This document shows, one piece after another, positions 1 to 9,343 of a stretch of 64,000 nt of DNA. The DNA is from Sodaliphilus sp. (GTDB lineage Bacteria > Bacteroidota > Bacteroidia > Bacteroidales > Muribaculaceae), in NCBI GenBank assembly GCA_045114065.1, contig JBGUJU010000099.1:9579-73578 (forward strand), given 5' to 3'. Made by a program: the position numbers and the translations under genes. How positions within the stretch are numbered: the first letter of the stretch is position 1; the number at the start of each line of letters is the position of its first letter. Under the pieces are notes generated by a model. That model was given only the letters and a program-made list of their open reading frames with translations. It made no database searches and was not told the origin of the DNA.

Positions 1-1
1 T

Positions 2-2180
2 AAGGTGAAGGCCATCTACACCGACGGCACCTCGAGCGCTTGGAGTAACGAGCAGGAGGTAACCCTGACCCAGGCTGCCGCTGCAACCCCGACCCTGACC
101 GTCACCCCGACCAGCCTGAACATGTCGGCCTACACGGGCGAGACCGCAACCGCTACCTTCAAGGTAACGGGTGCTGACCTGACCGGTAACGTGACGTTGA
201 CCAAGAGCGGTTCGAACGTCTTCAGCATCACGCCGACCACCATCACGGCAGCCAATGCTGCCAACGGTGTTAACGTGACCGTGACCTATGCTCCCACCGC
301 TACCGGCACCCAGACGGGCACCATCACCATCGCCAGCTCGGGCGCCGAGAGCAAGACCGTCAGCCTGACGGGTACCGCCACCGCCGCACCCATCACGACC
401 TACACTCCCGTGATGAGCGCCGCCAACAGCAGCTATGTCACCAGTTCAAGCTTCCGTGCCGACTGGACTGACCAGACGGCAAGCGCTAACGTGGCCAGCT
501 ACACCCTGCAAGTGGATGGCCAGGGCGGCTCGACTCCCGCTACCACTACCCTGCTGGGCAGCATCGACGGCAGCCAGTACACGGGCAGCTACAAGACCAT
601 CACGCTGACCTCACCGTGGGGCGGCAGCAACGTGAAGGGCGGTAACAGCGCCGTTTACTTCACCAAGAGCGGCAAGATTACCTTCACCATCCCCTCGGGC
701 TACAGCAATGCCACCTTCAGCGTGAAGATCAAGACCGTAAGCGGCACCTATGGCACGGGTAACGTCACCGTGAAGTCGACCAAGACTTCGGCTGTGGGCC
801 ACACCTTTGCTAAGGGCGAGACCTACACCTGGATCGTGACCGGTAGCGCCGGCGAGGTCATCACTCTGACCACCACCGACAGCAGCTACTCTCCCGACAT
901 GTCTCTGATTGAGGTCTATGCCGGCAACACCACGCTCAACGCTACCGAGACCGGCGATGCCACCTCACGCACCATCACGGGTATCACCAACAAGTACTAC
1001 ACTGTGAGCAACCTGACTGCCGGTGCCACCTATACCTATAAGGTAAAGGCCATCTACACCGACGGCACTTCCAGCGCTTGGAGTAACGAGCAGACTGTCA
1101 CCCTGAAGGATGAGGAGCCTGCCGCAACGCCGACGCTGACGGTAACCCCGACCAGCCTGAGCATGACGGCCAACGTGGGCGCCACCAAGACCGCTACCTT
1201 CAAGGTAACGGGTGCTGACCTCACCGGCAATGTCACCCTGAGCCTGAGCGGTGCCAGCGTCTTCAGCATCTCGACGACGAGCATCACCGCAGCCAATGCC
1301 GCCAACGGCGTGAATGTGACCGTGACCTACGCTCCCACCGCCTATGGTTCGCAGACGGGTACCGTCACCGTGGCCAGCTCGGGCGCCGAGAGCAAGACCG
1401 TTGCCCTGACCGGTAACGCTACCATCCAGAAGGCAAATCCCGTACTGAATGCAGCCACCAACATCTCCAGCACCGGCTTCACCGCCAACTGGACCCACGA
1501 TGTGGATGCATCGGTTGTATCGAGCTACACGCTGTATGGCACGCTGACCGCACAGCCCGGTGGCGATGATGAGCCCACGACGACCCTGCTGGGCACCATC
1601 GACGGCAGCAACTACACCGGCAGCTATGCCACCGTCACGCTGACTTCGCCCTGGAGTGGTACCAACGTCAAGGGCGGTAACGGCGCCGTTTACACCAAGA
1701 ACAGCACCTCGAGCTGGTGGTGGAATTCGACGACGACCTATGGCTACATCTACTTCACGATTCCTTCGGGTTACACCAATGCCACCTTCACCGTCATGAT
1801 CACTACCGCCAACACCAGCTATGGTACCGGTAACATCACCGTGAAGTCGGCTTCGACCGCAGCAGTGGGCCACACCTTCGCTAAGGGTGAGACCTATGCT
1901 TGGACAGTAACCGGCAGCGCTGGTGACAAGATTGCCATCTACTCGACCGACAGCAGCTACTCGCCTGACATGACGCTGATCCAGGTATATGCCGGTACGG
2001 CTTCGCTGAATGCCACCGCAACCGGTGACAACACCGACTTTGTGATCACCGACATCGACGCCGGCAGCACGGGCATCACCCTGAGCAACCTGGTTGAGGG
2101 CGGTACCTACTCCTACTACATCGTTGCCAACTATGTGGACGGCACCACCGCCACCAGCAACACCCAGGAGGTTACGCTCA
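2..2180. repeat. In-frame tandem duplication, period 1038 nt (second unit 1077 nt with a 39-nt insertion)
   Basis: Codons K-V-K-A-I-Y-T-D-G recur at nt 2, at nt 1040, and in diverged form at ~2120. Long stretches of near-identical nucleotides, e.g. 8-60 vs 1046-1098. Confidence 0.9.
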
Positions 2181-2359
2181 CCAGCCTGAACGTGAAGCCC
2201 ACCGCTATCAACTCGATTGCCGCCGACGGTGACGAGATTGAGTCGGTAACCTATGTGAACCTGAATGGCGTACAGAGCAAGGAGCCGTTCGATGGCGTCA
2301 ACATCGTGGTAACCCGCTATCGCAGCGGCGCTGTCAAGAGCAGCAAGGTGCTCTATTAA
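2..2359 (+). CDS. Repeat-built secreted/surface protein (3' part; 5' end outside window) ending in a T9SS type-A C-terminal sorting tail
   Basis: The ORF is open to the window edge (frame reads ..KVKAIYTDG). It has two ~346-aa tandem units. Each unit is an Ig-like module (FKVTGADLTGNVTL..VTYAPTA..SSGAESKTV.LTG) plus Fn3-like halves (SSFRADWTD..SYTL and YTVSNLTAGATYTYKVKAIYTDGTSSAWSNEQ) around an inserted domain. The last ~55 aa (VTYVNLNGVQSKEPFDGVNIVVTRYRSGAVKSSKVLY) fit the Por/T9SS sorting-tail pattern. Confidence 0.8.
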   Translation, partial: KVKAIYTDGTSSAWSNEQEVTLTQAAAATPTLTVTPTSLNMSAYTGETATATFKVTGADLTGNVTLTKSGSNVFSITPTTITAANAANGVNVTVTYAPTATGTQTGTITIASSGAESKTVSLTGTATAAPITTYTPVMSAANSSYVTSSSFRADWTDQTASANVASYTLQVDGQGGSTPATTTLLGSIDGSQYTGSYKTITLTSPWGGSNVKGGNSAVYFTKSGKITFTIPSGYSNATFSVKIKTVSGTYGTGNVTVKSTKTSAVGHTFAKGETYTWIVTGSAGEVITLTTTDSSYSPDMSLIEVYAGNTTLNATETGDATSRTITGITNKYYTVSNLTAGATYTYKVKAIYTDGTSSAWSNEQTVTLKDEEPAATPTLTVTPTSLSMTANVGATKTATFKVTGADLTGNVTLSLSGASVFSISTTSITAANAANGVNVTVTYAPTAYGSQTGTVTVASSGAESKTVALTGNATIQKANPVLNAATNISSTGFTANWTHDVDASVVSSYTLYGTLTAQPGGDDEPTTTLLGTIDGSNYTGSYATVTLTSPWSGTNVKGGNGAVYTKNSTSSWWWNSTTTYGYIYFTIPSGYTNATFTVMITTANTSYGTGNITVKSASTAAVGHTFAKGETYAWTVTGSAGDKIAIYSTDSSYSPDMTLIQVYAGTASLNATATGDNTDFVITDIDAGSTGITLSNLVEGGTYSYYIVANYVDGTTATSNTQEVTLTSLNVKPTAINSIAADGDEIESVTYVNLNGVQSKEPFDGVNIVVTRYRSGAVKSSKVLY

Positions 2360-2398
2360 GACTACCCACGTTGATTAGAACTTAATCATCACTCATTG

Positions 2399-2431
2399 TG
2401 AGGGCGGCGCCTAGTGCCGCCCTCATTTTTT
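2399..2431 (+). terminator. Intrinsic terminator hairpin
   Basis: Stems gagggcggc (2400-2408) and gccgccctc (2416-2424), 7-nt loop, followed by attttttaa. Lies 40 nt after the stop codon. Confidence 0.8.
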
Positions 2432-2447
2432 AAGCAAGAATTAGCCC

Positions 2448-2499
2448 CACAACTTTTCAATAATAGCACAACAACTTTTCAATAATAGCACAACAACTT
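2448..2499. repeat. Short tandem repeat, ~22-bp unit, about 2.5 copies
   Basis: cacaacttttcaataatag / cacaacaacttttcaataatag / cacaacaactt, read directly from the sequence. Confidence 0.8.
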
Positions 2500-2620
2500 G
2501 TCGCGCGTCATCATTGCTTGGTGATGCGCGGCATGCTTTAGAAATCTTAGCGTCTGCTAAAAAACATGACATCATACACAAAAAAACCAAGAAAACTTTT
2601 GGAGTTTTAAAAGTTTTCTG

Positions 2621-2628
2621 TAATTTTG
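2621..2628 (+). promoter_or_regulatory. Bacteroidetes sigma-A -7 box (TAnnTTTG)
   Basis: taattttg lies 16 nt upstream of the ATG at 2644. This argues for that start rather than the ORF-track start at 2626. Confidence 0.5.
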
Positions 2629-2643
2629 CGCCTCAAAATATCA

Positions 2644-3279
2644 ATGAGTAAACAAACCATTATAATGGATACGAGAGAACGTGTTATTAGTGAGGGCAGT
2701 AAGCTATTGATGAGTGTGGGTCCCTCCTCGATGACGATGGATGATGTGGCGCGTGCATGCGGCATTTCCAAGCGTACCCTTTATGAAACATTCCCTGACA
2801 AGCGTACCCTCATCGGGGAATGCATGCACCGTCATCACGAAATCAAGAACGCCGCGGTCAAGGAAATCTTTGACACGGCGAGCAACTGTTTTGAAGCGAT
2901 GTACCGTGTGTATCAGCGCGCACGCGAGATGTATAAGAGCACATCGGTGGTTTTCATCAACGACATCAAGCGCCTGTACCCCGACATCTTTGAAAAGCAC
3001 ATGGAGAATGAGAAAGTCACCATAGACGGTCTCGCCAATGTATTGCGCAAAGCCCAGGACGAGGGTTTGGTCATCAAGCGCATCAATCCCGAGATTGCAG
3101 CCTATCTGTTCTTACTGTCAATGCGCGAACTGCACGAGAGAGCTAACAATAACAAATATGGTTTTAAGGATACCGACCTCTTTGACCATGTGTTTGTGAG
3201 CTTCCTGCGTGGTGTGGCGACCATCAAGGGCATCGAGATGATAGAGTATCTCGAGCAACAACAAGAGCAAAATCAATAA
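2644..3279 (+). CDS. TetR/AcrR-family transcriptional regulator
   Basis: N-terminal HTH signature MTMDDVARACGISKRTLYETFPDKRTLI. Sits directly upstream of the efflux operon. Confidence 0.85.
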   Translation: MSKQTIIMDTRERVISEGSKLLMSVGPSSMTMDDVARACGISKRTLYETFPDKRTLIGECMHRHHEIKNAAVKEIFDTASNCFEAMYRVYQRAREMYKSTSVVFINDIKRLYPDIFEKHMENEKVTIDGLANVLRKAQDEGLVIKRINPEIAAYLFLLSMRELHERANNNKYGFKDTDLFDHVFVSFLRGVATIKGIEMIEYLEQQQEQNQ

Positions 3280-3291
3280 AAACCAAATACA

Positions 3292-4632
3292 ATGTTCAAC
3301 AAGAAGTTTTTCTACATTATTCTATTAATGTTAACAGGCAATGTCCTGAGCGCACAAGCCCAGATGGCATTGTCACTTGACGAGTGCATCCGCATCGCCC
3401 TGAACGAGAATCCTACCATCAAGGTGCAGGAGATGGAAATCACCCGCGTGGACTACAGCCACAAGGAGGCCCTGGGACAGTTGTTCCCCACCATCAACCT
3501 GGCAGGACAGTACCAACGCAACCTGTCGCTGCAGACGATGTACATGGACACCCCCAACGGCACCATGGCCATCAAGATGGGTAGCGACAACACCCACGCA
3601 GCGGGTTTCCAGGCACAGATTCCGCTGGTCGTGCCCCAGTTGTGGAAGTCCATCAAACTGAGTGAGAACCAGATTCTGCAGAACGTGGAGAAAGCCCGCG
3701 CCAACAAGCTGTCGCTGGTCAATCAGGTAGAGAAGGCCTATTACGCCCTGCTGCTGGCCCAAGACAGCAAGCGCGTCATCGAGGAGAACCACGCCACTGC
3801 ACAGCTGAATGCCGACATTTTCAAGAAGAAATATGAACTGGGCGCCGCGTCAGAGTATGACGTGCTGCGTGCCAACGTCGCCGTGAGCAACCTCGAGCCT
3901 TCGATTGTTGAGGCCGAGAATGCCATTGTTGCCCTCAAGCTCCAGTTGAAGGTGCTCATGGGCATGGACGTGAGGAACGAGTTCACACCCAGCCAGCAGT
4001 TGAGCGACTTCAGGGGCGAGATGTATGAGCGCGTATTGAGCCACACTTTGGGCTCGGACACCACGCTTGCCAACAACACCTCCCTCAAGGCACTGGACCT
4101 GCAGACCGACTATCTGAAGAAAGCCCTCGATGTGCAGAAGATGGCATGGTACCCCACCCTGAGCGGTAGCGCCAGCCTGATGTGGCACTCGATGAACAAC
4201 GGCAGCCCGTTCTCCGGCCTGCGCTGGAGCCGTGCGTCTAACGTCGGCTTGACGCTCGCCTTCCCCATCTTCCAGGGCGGCCAGCGCTACTACAAGCAGA
4301 AACAGGCCGAGATTGCTGTCGATGAGATGAAATGGCAACGTGAGAACCTGGAGCGCACCCTCCACATGCAGGTTGCCACCCAGAACGATGCCATCGCCAA
4401 GAACCTGAAACAGATCAAGAGCAACGAGGATGGTGTCATGATGGCCGAGAAAGCCAACGACATCATGCAGCAGAGCTTCAAGATCGGTGCCGCCTCATTC
4501 ATCCAGCTGCGCGACACCGAGGACGCCCTAATGGCTGCCCGCCTGGCCTATTTCCAGGCCATCTACAATTATCTGGTTGCCGAGAGCGACCTGGAATATG
4601 TGCTGGGCAACACCCACTACGTGAGACAGTAG
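3292..4632 (+). CDS. TolC-family outer-membrane efflux protein
   Basis: Signal peptide, then two-repeat OEP architecture (LSLDECIRIALNENPTIK.., ..LRDTEDALMAARLAYFQAIYNYL). First gene of the TolC-MFP-RND order typical of Bacteroidetes. Confidence 0.9.
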   Translation: MFNKKFFYIILLMLTGNVLSAQAQMALSLDECIRIALNENPTIKVQEMEITRVDYSHKEALGQLFPTINLAGQYQRNLSLQTMYMDTPNGTMAIKMGSDNTHAAGFQAQIPLVVPQLWKSIKLSENQILQNVEKARANKLSLVNQVEKAYYALLLAQDSKRVIEENHATAQLNADIFKKKYELGAASEYDVLRANVAVSNLEPSIVEAENAIVALKLQLKVLMGMDVRNEFTPSQQLSDFRGEMYERVLSHTLGSDTTLANNTSLKALDLQTDYLKKALDVQKMAWYPTLSGSASLMWHSMNNGSPFSGLRWSRASNVGLTLAFPIFQGGQRYYKQKQAEIAVDEMKWQRENLERTLHMQVATQNDAIAKNLKQIKSNEDGVMMAEKANDIMQQSFKIGAASFIQLRDTEDALMAARLAYFQAIYNYLVAESDLEYVLGNTHYVRQ

Positions 4633-4645
4633 CAGTAACAGTTTA

Positions 4646-4678
4646 CTATAGGTACTATAGTGACTATAGGAACTATAA
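4646..4678. repeat. Exact 9-bp-period array of the palindromic hexamer CTATAG (4 units)
   Basis: CTATAG at 4646, 4655 and 4664, and CTATAA at 4673. An A-rich leader follows, up to the MFP start codon. Confidence 0.9.
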
Positions 4679-4718
4679 AAAAAAAGGAAAAAACAAAAAA
4701 CAATAATATCAAATCAAA

Positions 4719-5732
4719 ATGAAGACAAAGAGACTTTTACCGATTGCAATGCTCATGCTGGTACTGGCATCGTGCAGCGGCAAGGACGACAAGAAGGCCG
4801 TCGAAATGAAAGAAGAACTGCCCATCGTCGAGGTAACCACCATCGGTCAGGAAGCTGTGAAGCAGACCAGTGAGTACACGGGTACCGTCGAGGCGTTCAA
4901 GACCAACAACATCTCGTCGAACAGCGGCTCACGCATCAAGCGCATCCTGGTTGACGTGGGTTCTCGCGTAGCACGCGGTCAGCGTCTGGTCATCCTCGAT
5001 GACGTGAACATCGCCCAGCAGCAGATCGCCCTGGCTAACACGAAACGTGAACTGGACCGTGCCCGCGAACTGGTGAAAATCGGCGGCGGCACACAACAGG
5101 CTGTGGACCAGCTGCAGGCACAGTACGACGCCACGGCACGTGCCATCCGCACCATGCAGGAGAACACCGTGCTCACCTCCCCCGTGAGCGGCGTGGTGAC
5201 TGCCAAGAACTATGACGCCGGTGACCTGCCCGCAGGTCTGCCCATCCTGGTCATCGAGCAGCAGCAGCCCCTCAAGGTCATCGTCAACGTGAACGAGAGC
5301 GAGTATCCCAAGGTGAAACGTGGCATGCCCGTAACGGTGAAGTTTGACACCTATGGCGACGAGACTTTCCAGGGTCAGGTTTACCTCATCCATCCCACTG
5401 TCGACGCTACCAGCCGCACCTTCCAGGTCGAGGTAGCCATCACCAACCGCAACGACAAGGTGCGCACCGGCATGTTTGCCCGCGTGAACTTCAATTACGG
5501 CACCAACACCAGCGTTGTCGTTCCCGACCGCGCCGTGCAGAAACAGGTGGGTTCGGGCGTACGCTACGTCTGGGTTTACCAGGGTGGTGAAGTCGAGCTG
5601 CGAGAGATTGAACTGGGTCAGCGCCTGGAGGACCGCTACGAGGTCAAGGGCGGACTGGTTCCTGGTACCCAAGTGGTTATCGCTGGCGCTTCTCGCCTGC
5701 AGGACGGCGCCAAAGTTCAACTCAAGAAGTAA
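4719..5732 (+). CDS. RND efflux periplasmic adaptor (membrane fusion protein, HlyD-like)
   Basis: Lipoprotein signal (LVLASCSGK). Biotinyl-lipoyl-like and beta-barrel segments typical of MFPs. Position between TolC and the RND pump. Confidence 0.9.
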   Translation: MKTKRLLPIAMLMLVLASCSGKDDKKAVEMKEELPIVEVTTIGQEAVKQTSEYTGTVEAFKTNNISSNSGSRIKRILVDVGSRVARGQRLVILDDVNIAQQQIALANTKRELDRARELVKIGGGTQQAVDQLQAQYDATARAIRTMQENTVLTSPVSGVVTAKNYDAGDLPAGLPILVIEQQQPLKVIVNVNESEYPKVKRGMPVTVKFDTYGDETFQGQVYLIHPTVDATSRTFQVEVAITNRNDKVRTGMFARVNFNYGTNTSVVVPDRAVQKQVGSGVRYVWVYQGGEVELREIELGQRLEDRYEVKGGLVPGTQVVIAGASRLQDGAKVQLKK

Positions 5733-5847
5733 ATCAAGTTTTGCTGGTCGCAAAAACTTGAGGGTTAAAGGTTAATGATTAAAGAGATTTAACGGACCCT
5801 GCTCCAAGTTAGTGCAATCAGTGAGACCTATTCAATAGCATTCAATT

Positions 5848-8800
5848 ATGAGTTTATATTCCAGTTCAGTTAAACGACCAGTAACCACGATTCTGATTTT
5901 CGTGGCACTGATTGTACTGGGTCTGTTCTCGCTCAGGAGTCTGCCCATTGACCTGTTCCCCGACGTGGAGACCAACACCATCATGGTGATGACCAGCTAT
6001 GCGGGAACCAGTGCGTCGGACATTGAGCAGAACGTCACACGCCCCCTTGAGAATGCCCTCAACTCGGTGGAGCACCTCAAGCACATCACGTCGAACAGCC
6101 GTGAGAACATCTCGATTGTCACCCTGGAGTTTGAATATGGCTATAACATCGAGTCGTTGACCAATGACGTGCGTGACAAACTCGACATGGTGTCGAGCAT
6201 GTTGCCCGACGATGCCAATACGCCCATCATCTTCAAGTTCAGCAGCGACATGATCCCCATCGTGCTGCTCTCGGTCCAGGCGGGTCAGAGTATGCCGGGA
6301 TTGTATAAAATCCTTGACGAGAACGTCGCCAACCCGCTGGCACGTGTCGACGGTGTCGGTTCGGTGTCCATCGCCGGTGCCCCCAAGCGCGAGGTCCACA
6401 TCTATCTGGACCCCCTGCGCATGGAAGCCTATAACCTGAGCGTCGAAACCGTTGCCGCCCTTGTCGGCGCCGAGAACCGCAACATCCCTGGCGGTACGTT
6501 CGACATCGGTAATGAGACCTACCCCCTGCGTGTGCAGGGTGAGTTCACCGACCCCCAGCAGATGGGTGCCATGGTCGTGGGCATGTCGCCCACCGGCGGT
6601 GTGGTCCACCTGCGTGACGTGGCCCGCATCGACGACTCGCTCGAGGAGCGCGCCCAGGAGAGCTATAACAACGGCCAGAAGGGTGCGATGATCATCGTGC
6701 AGAAGCAGTCTGGTGCCAACTCGGTGCAGATTTCTGAGAAGATTGCCAAGGAGTTGCCCAAGATTCAGAAGAACCTGCCCAGCGACATCAAGCTGGGTTA
6801 CATCGTGGACACGAGCGACAACATCCGCAGCACCATCGCCTCGCTGGTCGAGACCGTGCTGTTCGCCCTGTTGTTCGTGGGTATTGTGGTGTTTGTCTTC
6901 CTGGGACGCTGGCGTGCTACCGTCATCGTGCTGGTGACCATCCCCATCTCACTGATTGCCTCGTTCATCTACCTGTATGTGACAGGCAACTCGTTGAACA
7001 TCGTGTCACTGTCGGCATTGTCCATCGCTATCGGTATGGTGGTCGATGACGCCATTGTGGTGCTCGAGAACGTCACGACTCACATCGAACGCGGCTCGGC
7101 ACCCATGCAGGCTGCCGTTAACGGTACCAACGAGGTGGCCATCTCGGTAATGGCATCGACCTTGACGCTGATTGCCGTATTCTTCCCGCTGACGCTGGTC
7201 AAGGGTATGACTGGTGTGCTGTTCAAGCAGTTGGGTTGGATGGTGACCATCATGATGGTGCTGTCACTGATCTGCGCCTTGATGTTGACACCCATGCTGT
7301 GCTCGCGCTTGCTGCGCCTCAACGTGGGTGATACCAAGATTTTCCAGAAGGTATATGGCCCCATCCTCAAGGTGCTTGACAAGATTGACGACTTCTATGC
7401 CAAGGTGCTTGACAAGTGCGTCGCCCACCGCTGGATTACTGCAGCAACGGCATTGGGTATCTTCGTTGTCTCCATCTTCCTGATGAAGTTCGTCGGCACC
7501 GAGTTCTTCCCGACCAACGATAACGGCCGTCTGGGTGTCTCACTGGAGCTGCCTATCGGTTCGCGCGTGGAGTTGGCCAAGGATGTCAGCCAGCGCATCT
7601 ACAAGGAATGGACCGAGAAGTATCCCGAGATCCAGTCCTTCAACTACACCGTTGGCCAGGCCAGCAGCGACAACACATTTGCCTCGATGCAGAGCAACGG
7701 TTCTCACATCATCTCGATGAACATCATGCTCAACAAGGCCAACGAACGTAAACGCGGCATCGTTGAGATTGCCGGTATGATGCGTGAAGACCTCAAGCAC
7801 TATCCCGAACTGAAACGCGCCATGGTTAACGTGGGTGGCGGTCGTGGTGGCGGCATGAGCGGTCAGAACACGTTGAACTATGAGATCTACGGCTACGACT
7901 TCACCAAGACCGATAGCGTGGCACAGCGCCTGAAGCGCATCTTGGAGAGTGTAAAGGGTACCGCCGATATCAACATCAGCCGTAGCGACTATCAGCCTGA
8001 GTACCATGTGGACTTTGACCGCGAGAAACTGGCGTTGTACGGTCTGAACCTGAGCACCGCGGCAACCGCCCTGCGCAACCGCATCAACGGTACGACGGCA
8101 AGCTACTTCCGTGAGGATGGTATGGAGTATGACATCAAGGTGATGTATGATCCCGAACACCGCCGCAGCATCAGCGATATCGAGAACATCATGCTCTATA
8201 ACGCTATGGGAACAGGCGTTCGCCTCAAGGAGGTGGGCACCGTGACCGAACAGTTCTACCCGCCCACCATCGAGCGTAAGGACCGCGAGCGCATCATCAC
8301 CGTCTCGACCGTCGTTCAGGACCGCGCGATGAGTGAGATCATTGCCGACGCCCAGCCGCTCATCGACAAGATGGACAAGCCTGGTGACGTGATGATCCAG
8401 TTGAGCGGTAGCTACGAGGACCAGCAAGACTCGTTCGGCGACCTGGCAGTGCTGGGATTGCTCATCATCCTGCTCGTTTACATCGTGATGGCCAGCCAGT
8501 TTGAGTCATTCACCTATCCGGGTATCATCATGACATCGATCTTGTTCGCCTTCTCGGGTATCGTGCTCATCCTGTTGTTGACGGGTACTAACCTGAACAT
8601 CATGTCGATGATCGGTGGTATCATGCTGATCGGTATCGTAGTGAAAAACGGTATTGTGCTCATCGACTACATCAACCTGAACCGCGAGCGTGGCATGAGT
8701 ATCCGCCGCGCCGTGATCCACGGTGGCCACTCGCGTCTGCGTCCCGTGCTCATGACCTCGTTGACCACCATCCTGGGTATGGTGCCCATGGCAGTGGGTA

Positions 8801-8967
8801 CTGGTGTGGGTAGCGAGATGTGGCGCCCGATGGGTACTGCCGTGATCGGTGGTCTGGCGATGTCAACGCTGATGACCCTGCTGTTCGTGCCGACGATGTA
8901 CACCATCTTCGCCTTGACGGGTATCCGCCGCACGCGCAAGAAAATCCATAAAGGAATTAAAAGTTAA
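5848..8967 (+). CDS. RND efflux permease (AcrB/HAE1-like), 1039 aa
   Basis: Length, 12-TM layout and hallmark motifs (RPVTTILIFVALIVLGL.., AIGMVVDDAIVVLEN, GIVVKNGIVLIDY). Confidence 0.95.
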   Translation: MSLYSSSVKRPVTTILIFVALIVLGLFSLRSLPIDLFPDVETNTIMVMTSYAGTSASDIEQNVTRPLENALNSVEHLKHITSNSRENISIVTLEFEYGYNIESLTNDVRDKLDMVSSMLPDDANTPIIFKFSSDMIPIVLLSVQAGQSMPGLYKILDENVANPLARVDGVGSVSIAGAPKREVHIYLDPLRMEAYNLSVETVAALVGAENRNIPGGTFDIGNETYPLRVQGEFTDPQQMGAMVVGMSPTGGVVHLRDVARIDDSLEERAQESYNNGQKGAMIIVQKQSGANSVQISEKIAKELPKIQKNLPSDIKLGYIVDTSDNIRSTIASLVETVLFALLFVGIVVFVFLGRWRATVIVLVTIPISLIASFIYLYVTGNSLNIVSLSALSIAIGMVVDDAIVVLENVTTHIERGSAPMQAAVNGTNEVAISVMASTLTLIAVFFPLTLVKGMTGVLFKQLGWMVTIMMVLSLICALMLTPMLCSRLLRLNVGDTKIFQKVYGPILKVLDKIDDFYAKVLDKCVAHRWITAATALGIFVVSIFLMKFVGTEFFPTNDNGRLGVSLELPIGSRVELAKDVSQRIYKEWTEKYPEIQSFNYTVGQASSDNTFASMQSNGSHIISMNIMLNKANERKRGIVEIAGMMREDLKHYPELKRAMVNVGGGRGGGMSGQNTLNYEIYGYDFTKTDSVAQRLKRILESVKGTADINISRSDYQPEYHVDFDREKLALYGLNLSTAATALRNRINGTTASYFREDGMEYDIKVMYDPEHRRSISDIENIMLYNAMGTGVRLKEVGTVTEQFYPPTIERKDRERIITVSTVVQDRAMSEIIADAQPLIDKMDKPGDVMIQLSGSYEDQQDSFGDLAVLGLLIILLVYIVMASQFESFTYPGIIMTSILFAFSGIVLILLLTGTNLNIMSMIGGIMLIGIVVKNGIVLIDYINLNRERGMSIRRAVIHGGHSRLRPVLMTSLTTILGMVPMAVGTGVGSEMWRPMGTAVIGGLAMSTLMTLLFVPTMYTIFALTGIRRTRKKIHKGIKS

Positions 8968-8978
8968 AAGCCTGCTTC

Positions 8979-9020
8979 TCTAGACCTTCTAGATGATCTA
9001 GATTTTCTAGATTCTCTAGA
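8979..9020. repeat. Exact 9-bp-period array of the palindromic hexamer TCTAGA (5 units)
   Basis: TCTAGA at 8979, 8988, 8997, 9006 and 9015. Confidence 0.95.
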
Positions 9021-9021
9021 A

Positions 9022-9042
9022 GGGACTAGGGACTAAAAACTA
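9022..9042 (+). repeat. 7-bp-period units GGGACTA / GGGACTA / AAAACTA immediately upstream of a start codon
   Basis: Read directly. The same motif in the same sense orientation precedes dnaJ (see 21735-21762). Confidence 0.8.
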
Positions 9043-9049
9043 AGATAAA

Positions 9050-9343
9050 ATGAAAGCGATATTTATAGCCTTTGACGAGGCCTACTATGAGCGCATCGTC
9101 GAGAAATTGCACCTGCTCAACTGCCGTGGTTTCACGGGCTGGCGCGAGGTGCAGGGACGTGGCAGCAAGACGGGTGAGCCCCATTACGCCACCCATGCCT
9201 GGCCATCAATTGCCTCGGCCATCCTGACCGTTGTTGACGACCGCCGCGTGGACGTCGTACTCGACGAGTTACACCAGATGGATCTGGCGACACCCAAACT
9301 GGGCCTGCGCGCCTTTGTCCTCCCCGTTGAGCGCACCATCTGA
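9050..9343 (+). CDS. Small (97 aa) P-II-like, transporter-associated protein (uncertain family)
   Basis: The size and the beta-alpha-beta pattern (MKAIFIAFDEAYYERIVEKL..GFTGWREVQGRGSKTGEPH..) resemble the small P-II-fold proteins that follow RND pumps in Bacteroidales. The family name is recalled from memory, not tested. Confidence 0.5.
   Translation: MKAIFIAFDEAYYERIVEKLHLLNCRGFTGWREVQGRGSKTGEPHYATHAWPSIASAILTVVDDRRVDVVLDELHQMDLATPKLGLRAFVLPVERTI

Noticed and set aside
2500-2535. Imperfect inverted repeat cgcgcgtcatca..tgatgcgcg upstream of the TetR gene, as a possible operator.
   Set aside because: Only 4+4 bp pair cleanly, with a bulge, and it lies ~90 nt upstream of the -7 box. This is too weak to call.
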